Shown here: in pieces, positions 44,624 to 56,686 of the stretch
Numbering within the stretch: the stretch's first letter is position 1
How the letters are laid out: each line of letters begins with the position of its first letter
NCBI RefSeq assembly: GCF_038025025.1
Contig: NW_027117343.1
Coordinates: 806,001-870,000, forward strand
Reading direction: 5' to 3'
From: Phyllosticta citribraziliensis
Taxonomy: Eukaryota
DNA length: 64,000 nt
Position numbers and translations under genes: made by a program
Notes under the pieces: generated by a model
What the model saw: the letters and a program-made list of their open reading frames with translations, nothing else
The model's database searches: none
What the model was told of the DNA's origin: nothing

Positions 44624-47600
44624 ATGCTGTCGCGAGCCAGCAGCGACGCCGGGACCCGCCTGCGTCATGCCAAGTCGTCTTCGTCGACATATTCCAACGG
44701 CTGTCCAGCGAGTCCCACCCGGGTCGACCAAATGGATCCGTTCATCGTCCGCGAGCAAGCCACGGCAGCCGCTGTGCAGGCGTATGAGCGAGCCTGCGCC
44801 ATGGAGCATGCACGGATAAGAGAGGAGCAACGCAGTCTAGAGCTCAGCAGAAATCGCAGCAACACTAGTCGCCGGTCACACGGTGGCTCCCAGGGCTCTC
44901 ACTTTCCCGCCAGGGCCTCGAGTCTTCGACAAGCCGGTGAATCTAGCGCCACGAGAAGACGCACCTCGCCGAAGTTGCGGAGAGTCAGTGATGAGAGTCA
45001 ACCGCAGTTGATCATGGAACAACCTCCTCCCCGTTACACCCTTGTTCGTGATCCTCCGCCACCTGCTCCGCGTCTTTCTCTGGCGCCGGATATCAAACTG
45101 CCTGTATCCCCTGCTCCACCCTCGCGTGCGGCGCCCTCTGTACCGTCTGTCGCGTACGCAAACACACCAGCGACGCCGGCACCGAGGGAGGTTCGCAAGT
45201 CTCGTTCAATGTACAACTCTTGGAGCATTGGACTGGGGACTCCTCGAGACAGACGCCACGACGTTTCCGTGGACCTGCGTCGCTCTACCAGCCACCGGGT
45301 AATCGAGAACCAGCCGCCCGCCAAGTCAGGATTCAGTCCTGGCAGCGTCAGCCCTGAGAAATTTGGCAAGGCAAGTGTTGAAGAAGTTAATGCATCGCGG
45401 GACAAGTATCTGCAGGATTACCACAAGGGCCGCAAGTTGAAGACCAGACCGTCGTTTATCCTGACGCCGTTCAAGAAGCGCCAGGACAAGGAGAAAGACC
45501 ACACTGTTCTTGCGACGCCCAGGGAGTGCGCCTCGCCTCCTCCTGATGCCACTCCCAAAGCCGTCTCCCCGGTCGAAGGCACGACAAAGCATGAGAAGGA
45601 GAGGTCATTTTCCAACTCCTTCAGAAACAAGTTCAAGCGCGTTTTTCGCAAGACTTCAAACCCAAAGGCGTCAAATCTTCCTGTGCAGCAAGTCGACGCC
45701 TCGAGGTCTTACTATGGCGACTCAGTTTCGACATCTCAGCGAGAGGTGTCTGCTACGACGGAGCGAGTCGGCTCCATGTCGGACGACAGCCAAAGAGTTC
45801 CCTCGCATCAGCGAACGACCTCTGGTGCATCATTGCCACTTTCTCACAGGTCGAGCGCCGGAGGCTCTGATGGCGACGTTAGCAAGTCCCGTGTCACGAG
45901 CTGGTCTAACTCTTCTGCTCCGGGTAGCGTCACTTCTCGCGACCCAGGACGGCTCTCTATGATTCCCGAAAACGGACCCGGGACTACAAAGAAGCGTAGT
46001 GGATCCTCCATTTTGGGCAGGAGTCCATTTAGGCGGCCTCTGCATGCTTCACCCCAGGCAGCGTCAAAGGAGCTTGACACTTTCGATGTTTACTCGGCGC
46101 TCAAGTCGAGGCTGGAGAAGGCTGGATTGGACAGCAACATCGACCCTGACCTGCACCATCCGGAAAAGGCCGCCAGTTCGAAGAATGAACGCGATACGCT
46201 ACCTTCTCAGAGCCGGATGAGTTCGACGGCTTCCAGACTGTCGCGTGCCACCAGAGCTACCATCCGCGCCGTTACCCCTGAGCGTGGTTTTCGCTCGCGG
46301 TCAAAAGAGAGAAACGACATGGCTTCGGTCCCGATGTATGATGAATCTCTCGGCATACCAAAGCCCAAAAAGTGTCACGAGCCAGAGGCATCAGATCCGA
46401 CGGCTGAAGTTCCCGAACTCACTGTTCCTCGCACTCGCCATCCACAGCGTGCCGTCAAGGCGACGTTGCCGACGCAGGAGCAAATTACGAAGCGCAAGCA
46501 TTTGGCCGATAGTCGTTGGAAGACACAACTAGAGCAGGGTCAAGCTTCCGGCCATCTCGACAGTTCTGGCACCATCTCAGCTGAGGAGAATCCATATGAG
46601 CTTACGCGGTTGAACCAACCCCCGAGCCCAAGTAAGACCATTCCAACGCCACCACGCAAGTCGAGCAAAAGACCCTTCGAAGCAGCCGAACTTCTCAGAG
46701 CGTCCATTGTCTCGCCGAGCGTCTACTCCAGAGACTCGGCTGGCAACTCGCCAGTTCGCAAACCCAGCACGGCAACCATCAATGGGCCTCCGGGCATTGC
46801 AGTCATCGTGTCGAGCCACTCGGCCAAGAGCTACACGCTCGGATCCTCACCCGATCGCTCGAGGGCAGGCAACGTAGAGCGCTCGGCGCAGTCGAGCCGC
46901 GACTGGAAAGACTGGCTCAGCAGGGAGGTTGCTGATTTCGAATCCGACGATGTCGACGTTAGTATGTCGGAGGATTGGCTTCTTAAGCCCGCCGCTGGCC
47001 ACCAGCGCGAACATGCGCAGATCAGCGAGGACGACGAGGATGCTGTCGTTGCTCCCGCCAGCCAGAGATACGCTTCCAGCCCCAACCTGCGCTCGACAAT
47101 TGTAGCCCCTGCCTCGCGCTCCGCGTCGAAATCGGACATGCGTATTTCCAAAGGCGCGACGTCTTTCCCGGACCTCGACTTGTCAACGCAGCAGCCGCGG
47201 CAGCGGCCTCGATTGGCAAAGAGCTCGTCGACGCTGATGAATGACCGCTTTCCTGTGTTGCGGACGAGACGCAATGGCAGCGCGACGACTAGCTGGCGCA
47301 CCCAGTCGAGCAGCAGCTACAGCTTCCACGGCGAGGCGAAGCGCTCGTCGTCGAACCCGGTTCTCCTTTCGCGGCCGCCGTCTCAGGCGCAGCAGCGCGT
47401 GCAAGAGCAGCACGGTAGGCCTGAGCACTACCATCCGTCGCCTCCACTGCCGACTTTGGCGTCGACCTCGGCGGCAAAGGAGAATCACCGTCCTGTACGC
47501 CACCGCGACGAGGCTGCTGCCAATGCCGGAAATGCAAATAAACACACTGGCTCGCTCAACGGAAATGCCGCTACCGCGCCTGCGTCGCTGAAACTCCAGC

Positions 47601-48811
47601 CGCGCTCCTCGCACTCGAGTCTGGCGCCGTACACGACGAGCGCGCAGGACGCGGCGGCTGGCCTCCCGTTTGCTGGCCCTCCGCCGCCCCCGGCGCCCCC
47701 TTTGCCCAATTTCTCTTCGTCGGCCTTTTCCTCCTCGTCCGTTACGCCGTCAAATGGTACTGCGCTGCCGTCTGCCAGACACGCGAACGCGGGTGGGAGT
47801 GGGAATGGGAGGGAGAATGGAAATGGATATGGCAGCGTCAACATCGGCAACCCCCTCCGCTTCCGCGCCGCGCTCGCCGCGTCGTCGGCCTCGGGCTCGC
47901 CGTCGCCGTCGCAGGCTTCATTGAGGTCAAAGGCGGGCTTCGTGGGCGGTGGTGTCGGTGTTGGGCACGCGCGCTCGGCTTTTGAGCTCAGGGGCCACGC
48001 ACTCGGGCAAAGTCAGGCCGCCGGATATGGAGGCCACCCCAGAGGCCCGGCCGTGACGGCGCGCGTCCGCCGCAAGCCGCTGAGCAGCAGCGCGAGCACG
48101 TTTGGCACTGTGGGCACGAAGGGCACCATGACGACGATGGGGATGCAGGGAGGCCCGCGCCTGTCGATGGGCAGTGGCGGCAGCAGCGAGACGATGGCGT
48201 TTATCATGCGCGGTCCGTACGGAGCCGGAGGCGGCGACGTGAGCTCCAGAGCCAGCGTCAGCGTCAGCGGCGGCGAAGAAGAGGCGGACGAGACGGAAGG
48301 ATTCGGCTACGGCGTCCATGACTACCCCGGCGGCGGCTTTGCCTACGGCTACGGCTACGGCGTTGCCTACCACGACGCCTCTGGCCACCCTGTGCCTTTT
48401 GCTTCGTCGGTGGCGGACGGCTCGGTCCCGCAACTGCAGCAGCAGGGTCCGCTCAAGGAACGCCGCAGCATGGGGCGGCTGTGTGGAGCGTTTGGTCCTT
48501 CTACGCATCCTCCTCCTCCTGTCCCTGGATCTTTTGGCCCCGCTGCCCCGGCTCGTCTCCCCGTCGACCGCGTCCCGACGCCTTCGCCCATGGCGTCTGC
48601 TTTTTTCAGCGGCGGCGGCGCCGGTGGTGGTGGTGGTGGTGGTGGCAACAACAACGGCAGCGTCACTGGCGGCCAGCGCTTGGCCGAGAGGTGGTTGAGT
48701 GCGCGACAGGTGGGTGGTGGTGGGAGTGTGAGTATGAGTGGTGTGAATGGTGTGAATGGTGCGAGGCAAATGAGGAGTCGCAGTCGCACGGGTAGTCCGG
48801 CGTTTGTTTGA
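44624..48811 (+). CDS. Large intronless Ser/Pro/Arg-rich disordered protein, ~1395 aa, function unknown
   Basis: 4.2-kb open frame from ATG 44624 (MLSRASSDAGTRLRHAKS). Short conserved-looking islands (SFRNKFKRVF, SRVTSWSNS, VYSALK, SPSVYSR, SRDWKDWLS) in low-complexity sequence. Confidence 0.8.
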   Translation: MLSRASSDAGTRLRHAKSSSSTYSNGCPASPTRVDQMDPFIVREQATAAAVQAYERACAMEHARIREEQRSLELSRNRSNTSRRSHGGSQGSHFPARASSLRQAGESSATRRRTSPKLRRVSDESQPQLIMEQPPPRYTLVRDPPPPAPRLSLAPDIKLPVSPAPPSRAAPSVPSVAYANTPATPAPREVRKSRSMYNSWSIGLGTPRDRRHDVSVDLRRSTSHRVIENQPPAKSGFSPGSVSPEKFGKASVEEVNASRDKYLQDYHKGRKLKTRPSFILTPFKKRQDKEKDHTVLATPRECASPPPDATPKAVSPVEGTTKHEKERSFSNSFRNKFKRVFRKTSNPKASNLPVQQVDASRSYYGDSVSTSQREVSATTERVGSMSDDSQRVPSHQRTTSGASLPLSHRSSAGGSDGDVSKSRVTSWSNSSAPGSVTSRDPGRLSMIPENGPGTTKKRSGSSILGRSPFRRPLHASPQAASKELDTFDVYSALKSRLEKAGLDSNIDPDLHHPEKAASSKNERDTLPSQSRMSSTASRLSRATRATIRAVTPERGFRSRSKERNDMASVPMYDESLGIPKPKKCHEPEASDPTAEVPELTVPRTRHPQRAVKATLPTQEQITKRKHLADSRWKTQLEQGQASGHLDSSGTISAEENPYELTRLNQPPSPSKTIPTPPRKSSKRPFEAAELLRASIVSPSVYSRDSAGNSPVRKPSTATINGPPGIAVIVSSHSAKSYTLGSSPDRSRAGNVERSAQSSRDWKDWLSREVADFESDDVDVSMSEDWLLKPAAGHQREHAQISEDDEDAVVAPASQRYASSPNLRSTIVAPASRSASKSDMRISKGATSFPDLDLSTQQPRQRPRLAKSSSTLMNDRFPVLRTRRNGSATTSWRTQSSSSYSFHGEAKRSSSNPVLLSRPPSQAQQRVQEQHGRPEHYHPSPPLPTLASTSAAKENHRPVRHRDEAAANAGNANKHTGSLNGNAATAPASLKLQPRSSHSSLAPYTTSAQDAAAGLPFAGPPPPPAPPLPNFSSSAFSSSSVTPSNGTALPSARHANAGGSGNGRENGNGYGSVNIGNPLRFRAALAASSASGSPSPSQASLRSKAGFVGGGVGVGHARSAFELRGHALGQSQAAGYGGHPRGPAVTARVRRKPLSSSASTFGTVGTKGTMTTMGMQGGPRLSMGSGGSSETMAFIMRGPYGAGGGDVSSRASVSVSGGEEEADETEGFGYGVHDYPGGGFAYGYGYGVAYHDASGHPVPFASSVADGSVPQLQQQGPLKERRSMGRLCGAFGPSTHPPPPVPGSFGPAAPARLPVDRVPTPSPMASAFFSGGGAGGGGGGGGNNNGSVTGGQRLAERWLSARQVGGGGSVSMSGVNGVNGARQMRSRSRTGSPAFV

Positions 48812-49873
48812 GTTTGAGTTTGTTTGGCTGGTGGTGTGTTGGTGGGGTGACGTGACGTGGAGCGGGTAAGGGGGGAGGAGAGGAGAGGAAAGGGGGGATG
48901 GGGGGGATGATGGGATGGATTGGCGATGGGCACGGCGCGATCGAGGTAACTGAAGTATCCTTTTGTTTGTTTCTGGCGTCTGCTTTCTGCTGTTGCTACT
49001 ACTATTACCAATACCACTGCTACTGCTACTGCCTTTTCTTGTCTTCTTGTTATTCGTTCTCCGCTTCTTTGTGCTTGTTTCGTGCGTTGTACTTTGTCAG
49101 GTCGAGTGGAGTCACTCAACGGAGTCAAGTGCAGCACCGGTAGCAATTAGAAGAAGCACTCCTTTTGTCTTTTCTGAGTTGGCCAGCGGTTGATTTCAAC
49201 TGCAATCGACTATCAGATGGCAGAAATGCGCCTTTCATGAAACCCCTCGATGGTCGAAGATCTGTGTTCGTTAGGTCGCCTGCTGACTTGACTGCCTGGA
49301 AGTAAGGAAGGAATTAAAGTGAATGGATAGAGATGAAGGATTTCCTGTGTTCGCAATGTAGTGGATAACTTCCGTTGGGAAGATTCTACGTGCGTGTACT
49401 TATGCTCAACGCATCTGATTTCACTCCTTCCACCACTCCCCCCCCCCTGCGCAGTGAAAAGACTCGCCGTTCAACGCGGTGCTAGAGCCGTTCCACCGCA
49501 AACCATCGTTTATTAAATGTCTATAGACGTGCGCCGAACCAATGGCAACCTGGCGTCGAAGCTGCCGTCAAGGGGGTATCAAGGTGGGTGAAAGGGAACC
49601 AAAAGACCAGTCCAATACACGAGAACGCCGTTTTACCATGCCTGATTTTCTTGTCCCATGGTTTCTGGAATGGCGACTGATGAATGAGGGAGGGAGGGAG
49701 GGAGGGAGGGAGGTTGCTTGGCTACGCTTGCGCGCCCTTGGGGTGGATGCTGTGTTCTTTGGTTTTGCTAAGGATGTGTTGGAGCGCCTCGGAGACCTGT
49801 TTGCCTTGTTGTTCCATGAATTAAGAGTCGAGATCGATGAGGTTAGGGATAGGGCCGTGGTCGTCACCGTCAT

Positions 49874-50697
49874 CTACCATTCGTTGTTGCCTCCCGGCGC
49901 GGCAGTTGCTGGCTTCTCCTCCACCTCCCACGAAACGGTGTACACAATCTCCCTCGGCTCGCACAGCTTCACGTGGATGCGGGCGTACACTTCAATATTG
50001 AAGCTGGCGCATCGGATCAGGACGTCCGCGAGAGCCGTCTCCTTGCGCAGGACGCCGAGGTTCTCGGCGATGAAGTCCGACACGTCGTCGATGATGCCCG
50101 AGTCGGCGCCGGCTGGGATCGTCTCGCAGAGGAAGGGGATGATTTCGACGACGGCGTCGATCTGTTCCCTCTCGTCGCCGCTGCGGAAGACGTGTTCGAA
50201 GTTGCGGGCGGCGATCTCTGGGAGCCCGTCCACGCAGTAAAACATGCCAATCGCGTGGATGTCGGCGTGGTCGAGGAGCTGGTCGGCGAAGGGCACGTCG
50301 GTTTCGTGCAGGTCGTATTCGCCGAGGTAGATATACTTGAGCATGGCCTTGGCCGTACTCGGGCTCAGGTGCGTCATGTCGACGACGCCCTCCTTCGCCT
50401 CCTGAGGATCTGGTCAATGATCTGGGCCGTGGCGGGGGCTTCGACTGGATCTCTGTTGAGGACTTACCTTCCACTCGCCGTTGAGCGCTGTGAAGAAGAA
50501 TGCGCTTTTCTCGCACAGAATCGTCTTATGGAGGTGGTAATCCGTGCCCTCGGTGCGGACTTTGACGTCCGAAAACATGCGGCCCTCCCAGAGGCTAAGT
50601 AAAATGTCAGACGCGCTCAGGACTGGCGGATGCAGTAGACTTACCACAACCTGCGCTCATAGGGGATGTTGGAGTTATATTCGTGTGCGGAAGACAT
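49874..50697 (-). CDS. BTB/POZ domain protein, ~235 aa; exons 50697-50645, 50594-50468, 50401-49874
   Basis: FSDVKV...YHLHKTILCEKSAFFFTALNGEWK|EAKEGVVDM...AMLKYIYLGEY...HADIHAIGMFYCVDGL is the typical fungal BTB pattern. Introns are canonical and in frame. Confidence 0.85.
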
Positions 50698-53600
50698 GTT
50701 TGTGTAAAAGTTTGAAAATCGAAGTAGATATAAGTGGTGAAGTTTTGAAGATGGAGATTCGATGTCGGCGAGCGTTGGTTGTAGGGGGTTGTCGGGAGTA
50801 GACAAGTGGAAAGAAAGAAACAGAGCGACCTTGCAGAGCGCGACTCTCTTTAAATGCCTGGTCTGCTCCTAGATCATCCCCAACACTGCTGGTGTCAATT
50901 TTGATGGTACCGCCCACCGTCGGTGCTCCGACCAGCGCCCATCAACGAGCCACGAAGACTTCGGATTATACGTTCGGTTTGTTGAGCTGCGGCTCCCAAG
51001 GTTGGTTCCACCCAGAACTTTCAGACCCAGAGATGGGACTCGCGACGGCTCTGTGAAATCCCCCTGGTCGATCTAAAGAGCCACCTCACCGTCATTCTTC
51101 GTCTCCTCGGCAGGAAACATCGAAAGGGCGAGCCCGAATTCGCGGATCCAGGCGCGCCCCAAATGAAGAACTCTGAACAAAGAGAGAGAAAAAAGTAGGG
51201 AGTTTTCGAAGGTGTTTTGAAGAATCCTGTCAGCGACCATGCCTTTAATAGGCAGCAACCAGCCACTAGATCTAAATCCAGCAGCGGGTGTCGCGTGAGC
51301 AATTCTGACGTATTGTTTTCGGTCAATTCTCCGCCAACCGATTCTCTTGCGCCCGCTCAGCCGCGGGCCATTCCCGCGCCATCGTCTGAGTCACAACGGA
51401 AACACGCAAATCCCGTACAAAAGATTTCAGGCGCGTCATCCATGGCGACAACAGATGAAGAAGAAGCGAGATGAAAGAGAAGATCTTAAAAGTCTGAAGT
51501 AAATATGGCGAGGATCCCGTGACATATCGTAAATACCTCCGTTGCTTTCTTGATTCGTTTCAGTTGGTCCACAAACAGTTACGGAAAAAAGTCGAGCGAT
51601 AGTATGAAGAAGTAGGGGGTGGAGCATCGGACAAGTTAAAAAAAACAAGTAGTAAGACAGGCGGTAATATGAGACGGTGCGGCTGAATCCTGGACAGAGC
51701 TGACCAAGGAGTTCCACTGAAAACATGTGGCTCTCGCCAGGAACCGGAAAACGCTGTGCTCTCCAAGCACTCGTGCGCATGCGAGGCCCGCATATACAGC
51801 CGTGGACAGCCTTTTGGTTCATGGACGGATCATTTTCGCTATAATGAGTGCCACCAACGCTTAGTGGCCGTTTCGGAAATGATTTGACCAACAGAAGACG
51901 CATCTGTAGGCAGAGGACAATTTTTCTCCATGCTCTTTTCAGATACCTAGCGGGGACGGCGATGCATGACAGACGGGAAGGAAATTGGTGGCCGGAGTTG
52001 TCTTGATGCGCGGCGTGGCCAGCAGAAAAGAAGACGCACAGTAATCTTTTTCACGGAGCCAAGTGAAGCCCGTTTTGGGAAATAGAAAGACCAGGTCGCC
52101 GGGCGCTGATGTGAAGGACAGAAAGGTTTCTGGCAGGCGAGAATTTCTCTCTTAGACTGTACTAGTTGGGTAAGCAGTTGCTGCGGCATCCAGATGTTTG
52201 TTTGCGCACACTCGGCCACGTACTTGACTCCGCATCAAGCATTTGTCCGCGGTTTAGTGGAAATCCGAAACGAATTGCTTGGGCGAGAAGTTAGAAGGCA
52301 AAGACCGGCCGCAGTCCGGCCAGACGGGATTCGGCACTCTGACGCAGAACATCATCAGGATCGCCTTTGGAGTGCTAATGACACACGATTGACTGCTGTG
52401 AACGAGGGAGGTCGAGATCCTTGACGAATTCATGAAATGACTAGCCAATCGGGAAGCTAGTTTGACGCGCTGTGACAGATCTGAACAGTGCGGCAGAGTG
52501 ATGCAAAGAGAAGCGGCTGGAGCGGGACCAGTGAAACGCATCTGACGGCCCGGAAACCCTATTGCTGTCCTTCAACGCCAAGATGCCTCAGCGGATGTGG
52601 GTCCAGCTGACTTGAGGAGAGGATCGTGACCCAAACGATGCATGAGAAGCATTAGACCGTTGGAAAGTGACTGAGAGATGATGAGCTGGATGGTAAAGCG
52701 GAGTACCGGTCTTGCGATTAGAAAGTGCTGAACGGACAATCCCGCGCTAAGCAAAACGTTGTCATGATTTGATTGCCGCGTCGGATTGTACCTTACACGA
52801 AGACTCAGTGTAAGACATGAAGATCCATGAGCAACTTGACGACATGCTTGCGTGGCTCATGGAAGCGACTTGTAGACGTGGCGACCCTCGCTGTGCTTGA
52901 ATGGAGAGGCTTCCCACCAATTCTGCTGATCACTGTAGCTTCACGGCATCAAGCCGGGGGAAAAATGCACACCTACCCAATCAAACATCAAAGACAGCGC
53001 AGGCCATGACAATAGAGGACGAGAAACTGTGCCACACAAGGGTACTGTAACCTTTTTCAGTATCGGAAAAGGCGGGGAAACATTCGCGAAATGGAACATC
53101 TAACAGAACATCCGCCAGAGACGCTTGGACATGAGCATGTGCAAGTTTTGTTGGGCCCGTGTACTCAGTTCCGCGCTTTGGACTTTCAGTGACTCACGTC
53201 TGCCGCGAGGCCTTTGGATTCTCTGCCCAAGTGACAGTGCGGGTGCAAATGATAAAGCCATTGCGGTTCTCGAGGCTGCCGGACGAATGAAAAGGCGGGT
53301 ACGAAAGTCCTTTGCTCCCAAGTGCAATGGCTATCGCTTGCGTGACGCTGCAGTGGTGAGAGGAGTGCACAAAGCGCTCAAACGCTGGGGTCGAGAAGAT
53401 CTTCGGGAACAAGGAAGGCCAGCCGAGAGGTTTTCATGGTCGACCCTGCTGTCCAGCCATGGAGCAGGTACAAATTCAGTCATGCATAACGACTGCGATT
53501 CTTTGGGACGGAAAAAGTTAACGACCATTCCATCGACAGAGTCCAGTGTGGCCGGATCCAGCGCCCAACGAGTGGAGTCGGTCGAGCACTGGTGAGCGCA

Positions 53601-55019
53601 GGTTTTGCAGACGTAAGAGTGACCAGGGATAAAGCTCCGAGGGATTCAGCTGTTCTATCGGAGTCAACCACCATTTGCGTCGTAGTCTAGGATGCTGCAG
53701 TGCAGGTTTCATGCTATCAAGGCTCACACCAACAACAGTGTGGAATTTCAGAGTCGCCACCGTCGACGGCTGGATTGGATTGGTGGTGTCTGTCGATCTA
53801 CGGTCGCAGGCTTCCATTCGCTGAATCGTTGGGCTAAGCATCAGCAATCAAGCTCGTACCGCATGTTGGGTGCGAGCGGAGATACGGGATTCCTTGAGGT
53901 TGGGTTGTACATGGATGAGGTGCAATCGAAGGTGGCCACAGGTCTGACAATGACGACGACTGTCATCTTGACCAAGGAAGAGCAAATTGCGGTGCAGATG
54001 ATGGCGATGACAGGCGATGCCAGTTTTGTTGAAGGGGAGACGTAGGTCCAGTCAGAGTGGCCAGTACGAGGCAGAGAAAAATGTCGTGCCGATGGGATCC
54101 AGGGTTTGTGGGATGACGGGGGTGGGAGGCGGCCCATGGAGGGCGGAAGGAGCTCCCTGGTCTCCGCCTTCGCCCGTCACTCGTCAACTCTTTTGCTCTG
54201 CGCAAGCTTCCCCCTCGTTCCACACACCAATCCCCAGCACTGCATGCAGCCAGAGGCGTTCGCATAACTTAGTGGCTGAGCCGCTTGAAGGGCCAAGCAT
54301 CTGCCGCCAGTCGCCATCAATTGCGTCTGGCCAGCTCCTCGCTTCAACTGCTCGGAAGACCCGGACAAACCAATCGCTTCCCAGTGCTGATGATGCTTGT
54401 CGGCCGCTTTCTGGACGCTCAAAGTGACATTGGGGACTGAGATGCCAGTGACTGGCCGGCGTTGGCTGCAGCGTTGGCTGGGTTGGGAGCATCGGGTATC
54501 CACTCATCAACATGACAGGTCCGATATGCACGAAGTACATGAATCCACTGGACCAGTGCCTGGCGACAAGAGACAGAAAGCCCCGAGGTCGCAGCTCCAT
54601 CAGTCTTGCTGCCGCCAATCGCGCTCTACCGCGCAGCCAGGGTACCTGTGCATCTTATCCAGGGAGAGCACCCCACGGCGACAACTGAGCACGGACAACA
54701 CCACGGCAGAGGCTAACCTTCCACTTTGTGTGTTGTTCCAGCGTCTACCGCGCCTGTCTTCCAAAAACATGGGTTGGGGCTCCACAACAGCATTCAGACC
54801 CCTCTTCCTGGGAACGGTCGCTGTCAATCCATGCTAGTTCCGCTTCTGAAGCTGCTCGATACAGTTTGAGAGAGACCAAGGGACCTGCATACTCTGGCTG
54901 AACAGCTCTCTGCCTCTTTGTACAGTCTCTTGAATCTTCCCTTTAAAGATTTTGCGCTGCAACTTTTTCCCTAGCCTCCCGATCCATTGAACTCGTCGTC
55001 AAACTGCTACCGAATCAGT

Positions 55020-56686
55020 ATGGCTCCGCAGGAAGACATCCCAAAGGTATAGAAAAATGCCGAGAAAGTTTGCAACTGAATAAGCTGACACTTTTGTAGT
55101 CAGCGGAAATTCTCGGGGTAAGACTCTCAAACGACCTGGGGGAAACGATGGCTGAATGACCACTTTGAAGAGCATTGGGACAGGTCAGTGGTTGCACAAG
55201 AGCTTTGAGCAAGGCTGATACCCTCCAGTGTAAGACTCGTAGCGTTCTGCAGCTGTTTGGAACGACTGCTGATTCGTTCCAGCTGTTGGTGCATTCAAGT
55301 TGGTAAATACTCGCCGTTTGCTGCGGTTGGAAACTAACATCAAGCGACAGATCATACCGCAGTGCGTAGCCTCGATCGATCCCGCTTTGAATTTTCAACT
55401 GAAAGATCCAGGATTTGGTCGAATTGGAGATCAAAAGACACCGATGGCTTTGACGCCATATTCCCGCTCCTGTGGGCGATTGGTAAGAACTGTCCGAATA
55501 CTGCTCGTTTGATGGGCGCTGACAGAACACAGCCGCCGTTCCATTTGGCGTGTATAACATTGCCCAGGTCTGCCACTCGCCACTACCGTGCGGGCTTTGC
55601 TGAACTAGGGCAGAATTTCAATATCGGCGTTCAGATCCAGCCTCAAATCTTCTGCGCCCTGAGCTACATTTGCTGGGCCCAGTGCAAGTATTACAACGAG
55701 TAAGCACATCCCTGTCAAAACATTCAACGTTGTCTGACCGTAAAAGCAAATGGTCCAAACTGAAAACCAACCTCGCTCTCCTTGTTCTGTGTCTAGCCTC
55801 GGGAGGCATCGAAGCTGGCTTGATCGTTGGTCTTCGGGTAAGGAGGGAGCATGCCTAGCGAATCAGGGCTAACAGAGTCGTAGCCCGTATACCTTCGAGG
55901 CAACGAAACGCCACTGACTGTCATCGGGATAATTGCTGCAGTCCTGCTCGCAGTCGGCCTGTTGCCCATTCTCTGGGGTCAATGGGGCCGGAGAGGCAGA
56001 GCGAAGAACTTGAGTTTGTCTTCCCTCTCTTCCTGACCCCTCTCAATTGTCATCAGCTGAATCCCTTGCAGACTTTCTCTTCCTCTCGGTCGATTTTATG
56101 GGTGCGGTCTTCTCGCTCATGTCTCTTGGTAAGCACTCCAAGCACTTCCAGCCAAGCAGGCAGGCAGACACAAGCCGGCGTGGCGTTCACCCGCATCCAC
56201 CAATGATGACTCTTGACCGTCGCAGTGGCCCAGCGTAGGTTCGACATCCTTGGCGGAATCTTGTACATTGTATGGTAAGTCTGGCCACCATCGCTCCATG
56301 GCATCAACCGGGATGCTTCCCATACCTTATCTACCTTTTGGGTCTTCTTCACGTCTTCAGCGAATGGGACCGCTACCCTCTTCCCCTCTTGGCCACCTTT
56401 CCCGTATCGGGCATCGCCTTTGTTTTCGACACACTGCCTGCTCTGACTCACTGATTGATAACGCCACAGCATGATTATCGAAATCTTCATCTTCGCGTAC
56501 CACGGCGTGTGGCTGTACCGCTCCCGCACCGACCGGGCAGCCGCCAAGCGAGTGGGCATGACGTACGATCAATTCATCGATTCGCAGAAAGAGGACAAGC
56601 ATGATGCTTCGACGTCGACTGCTTCGTCGACAGCCACGACACCGATGCCACAAAATGGGGTCCTTGGGGATCCGGAGAAGGGGTAG
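55020..56686 (+). CDS. PQ-loop repeat membrane transporter, 273 aa, 14 exons: 55020-46, 55100-17, 55171-83, 55229, 55283-98, 55351-61, 55412-82, 55533-67, 55614-99, 55747-837, 55884-56013, 56072-128, 56226-74, 56470-686
   Basis: Spliced product MAPQEDIPKSAEILGSIGTVCWCIQIIPQIWSNWRSKDTDG...PFGVYNIAQNFNIGVQIQPQIF...GLLP...DFMGAVFSLMSLVAQ..FDILGG matches fungal PQ-loop proteins. Exons sum to 822 nt. Confidence 0.88.
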
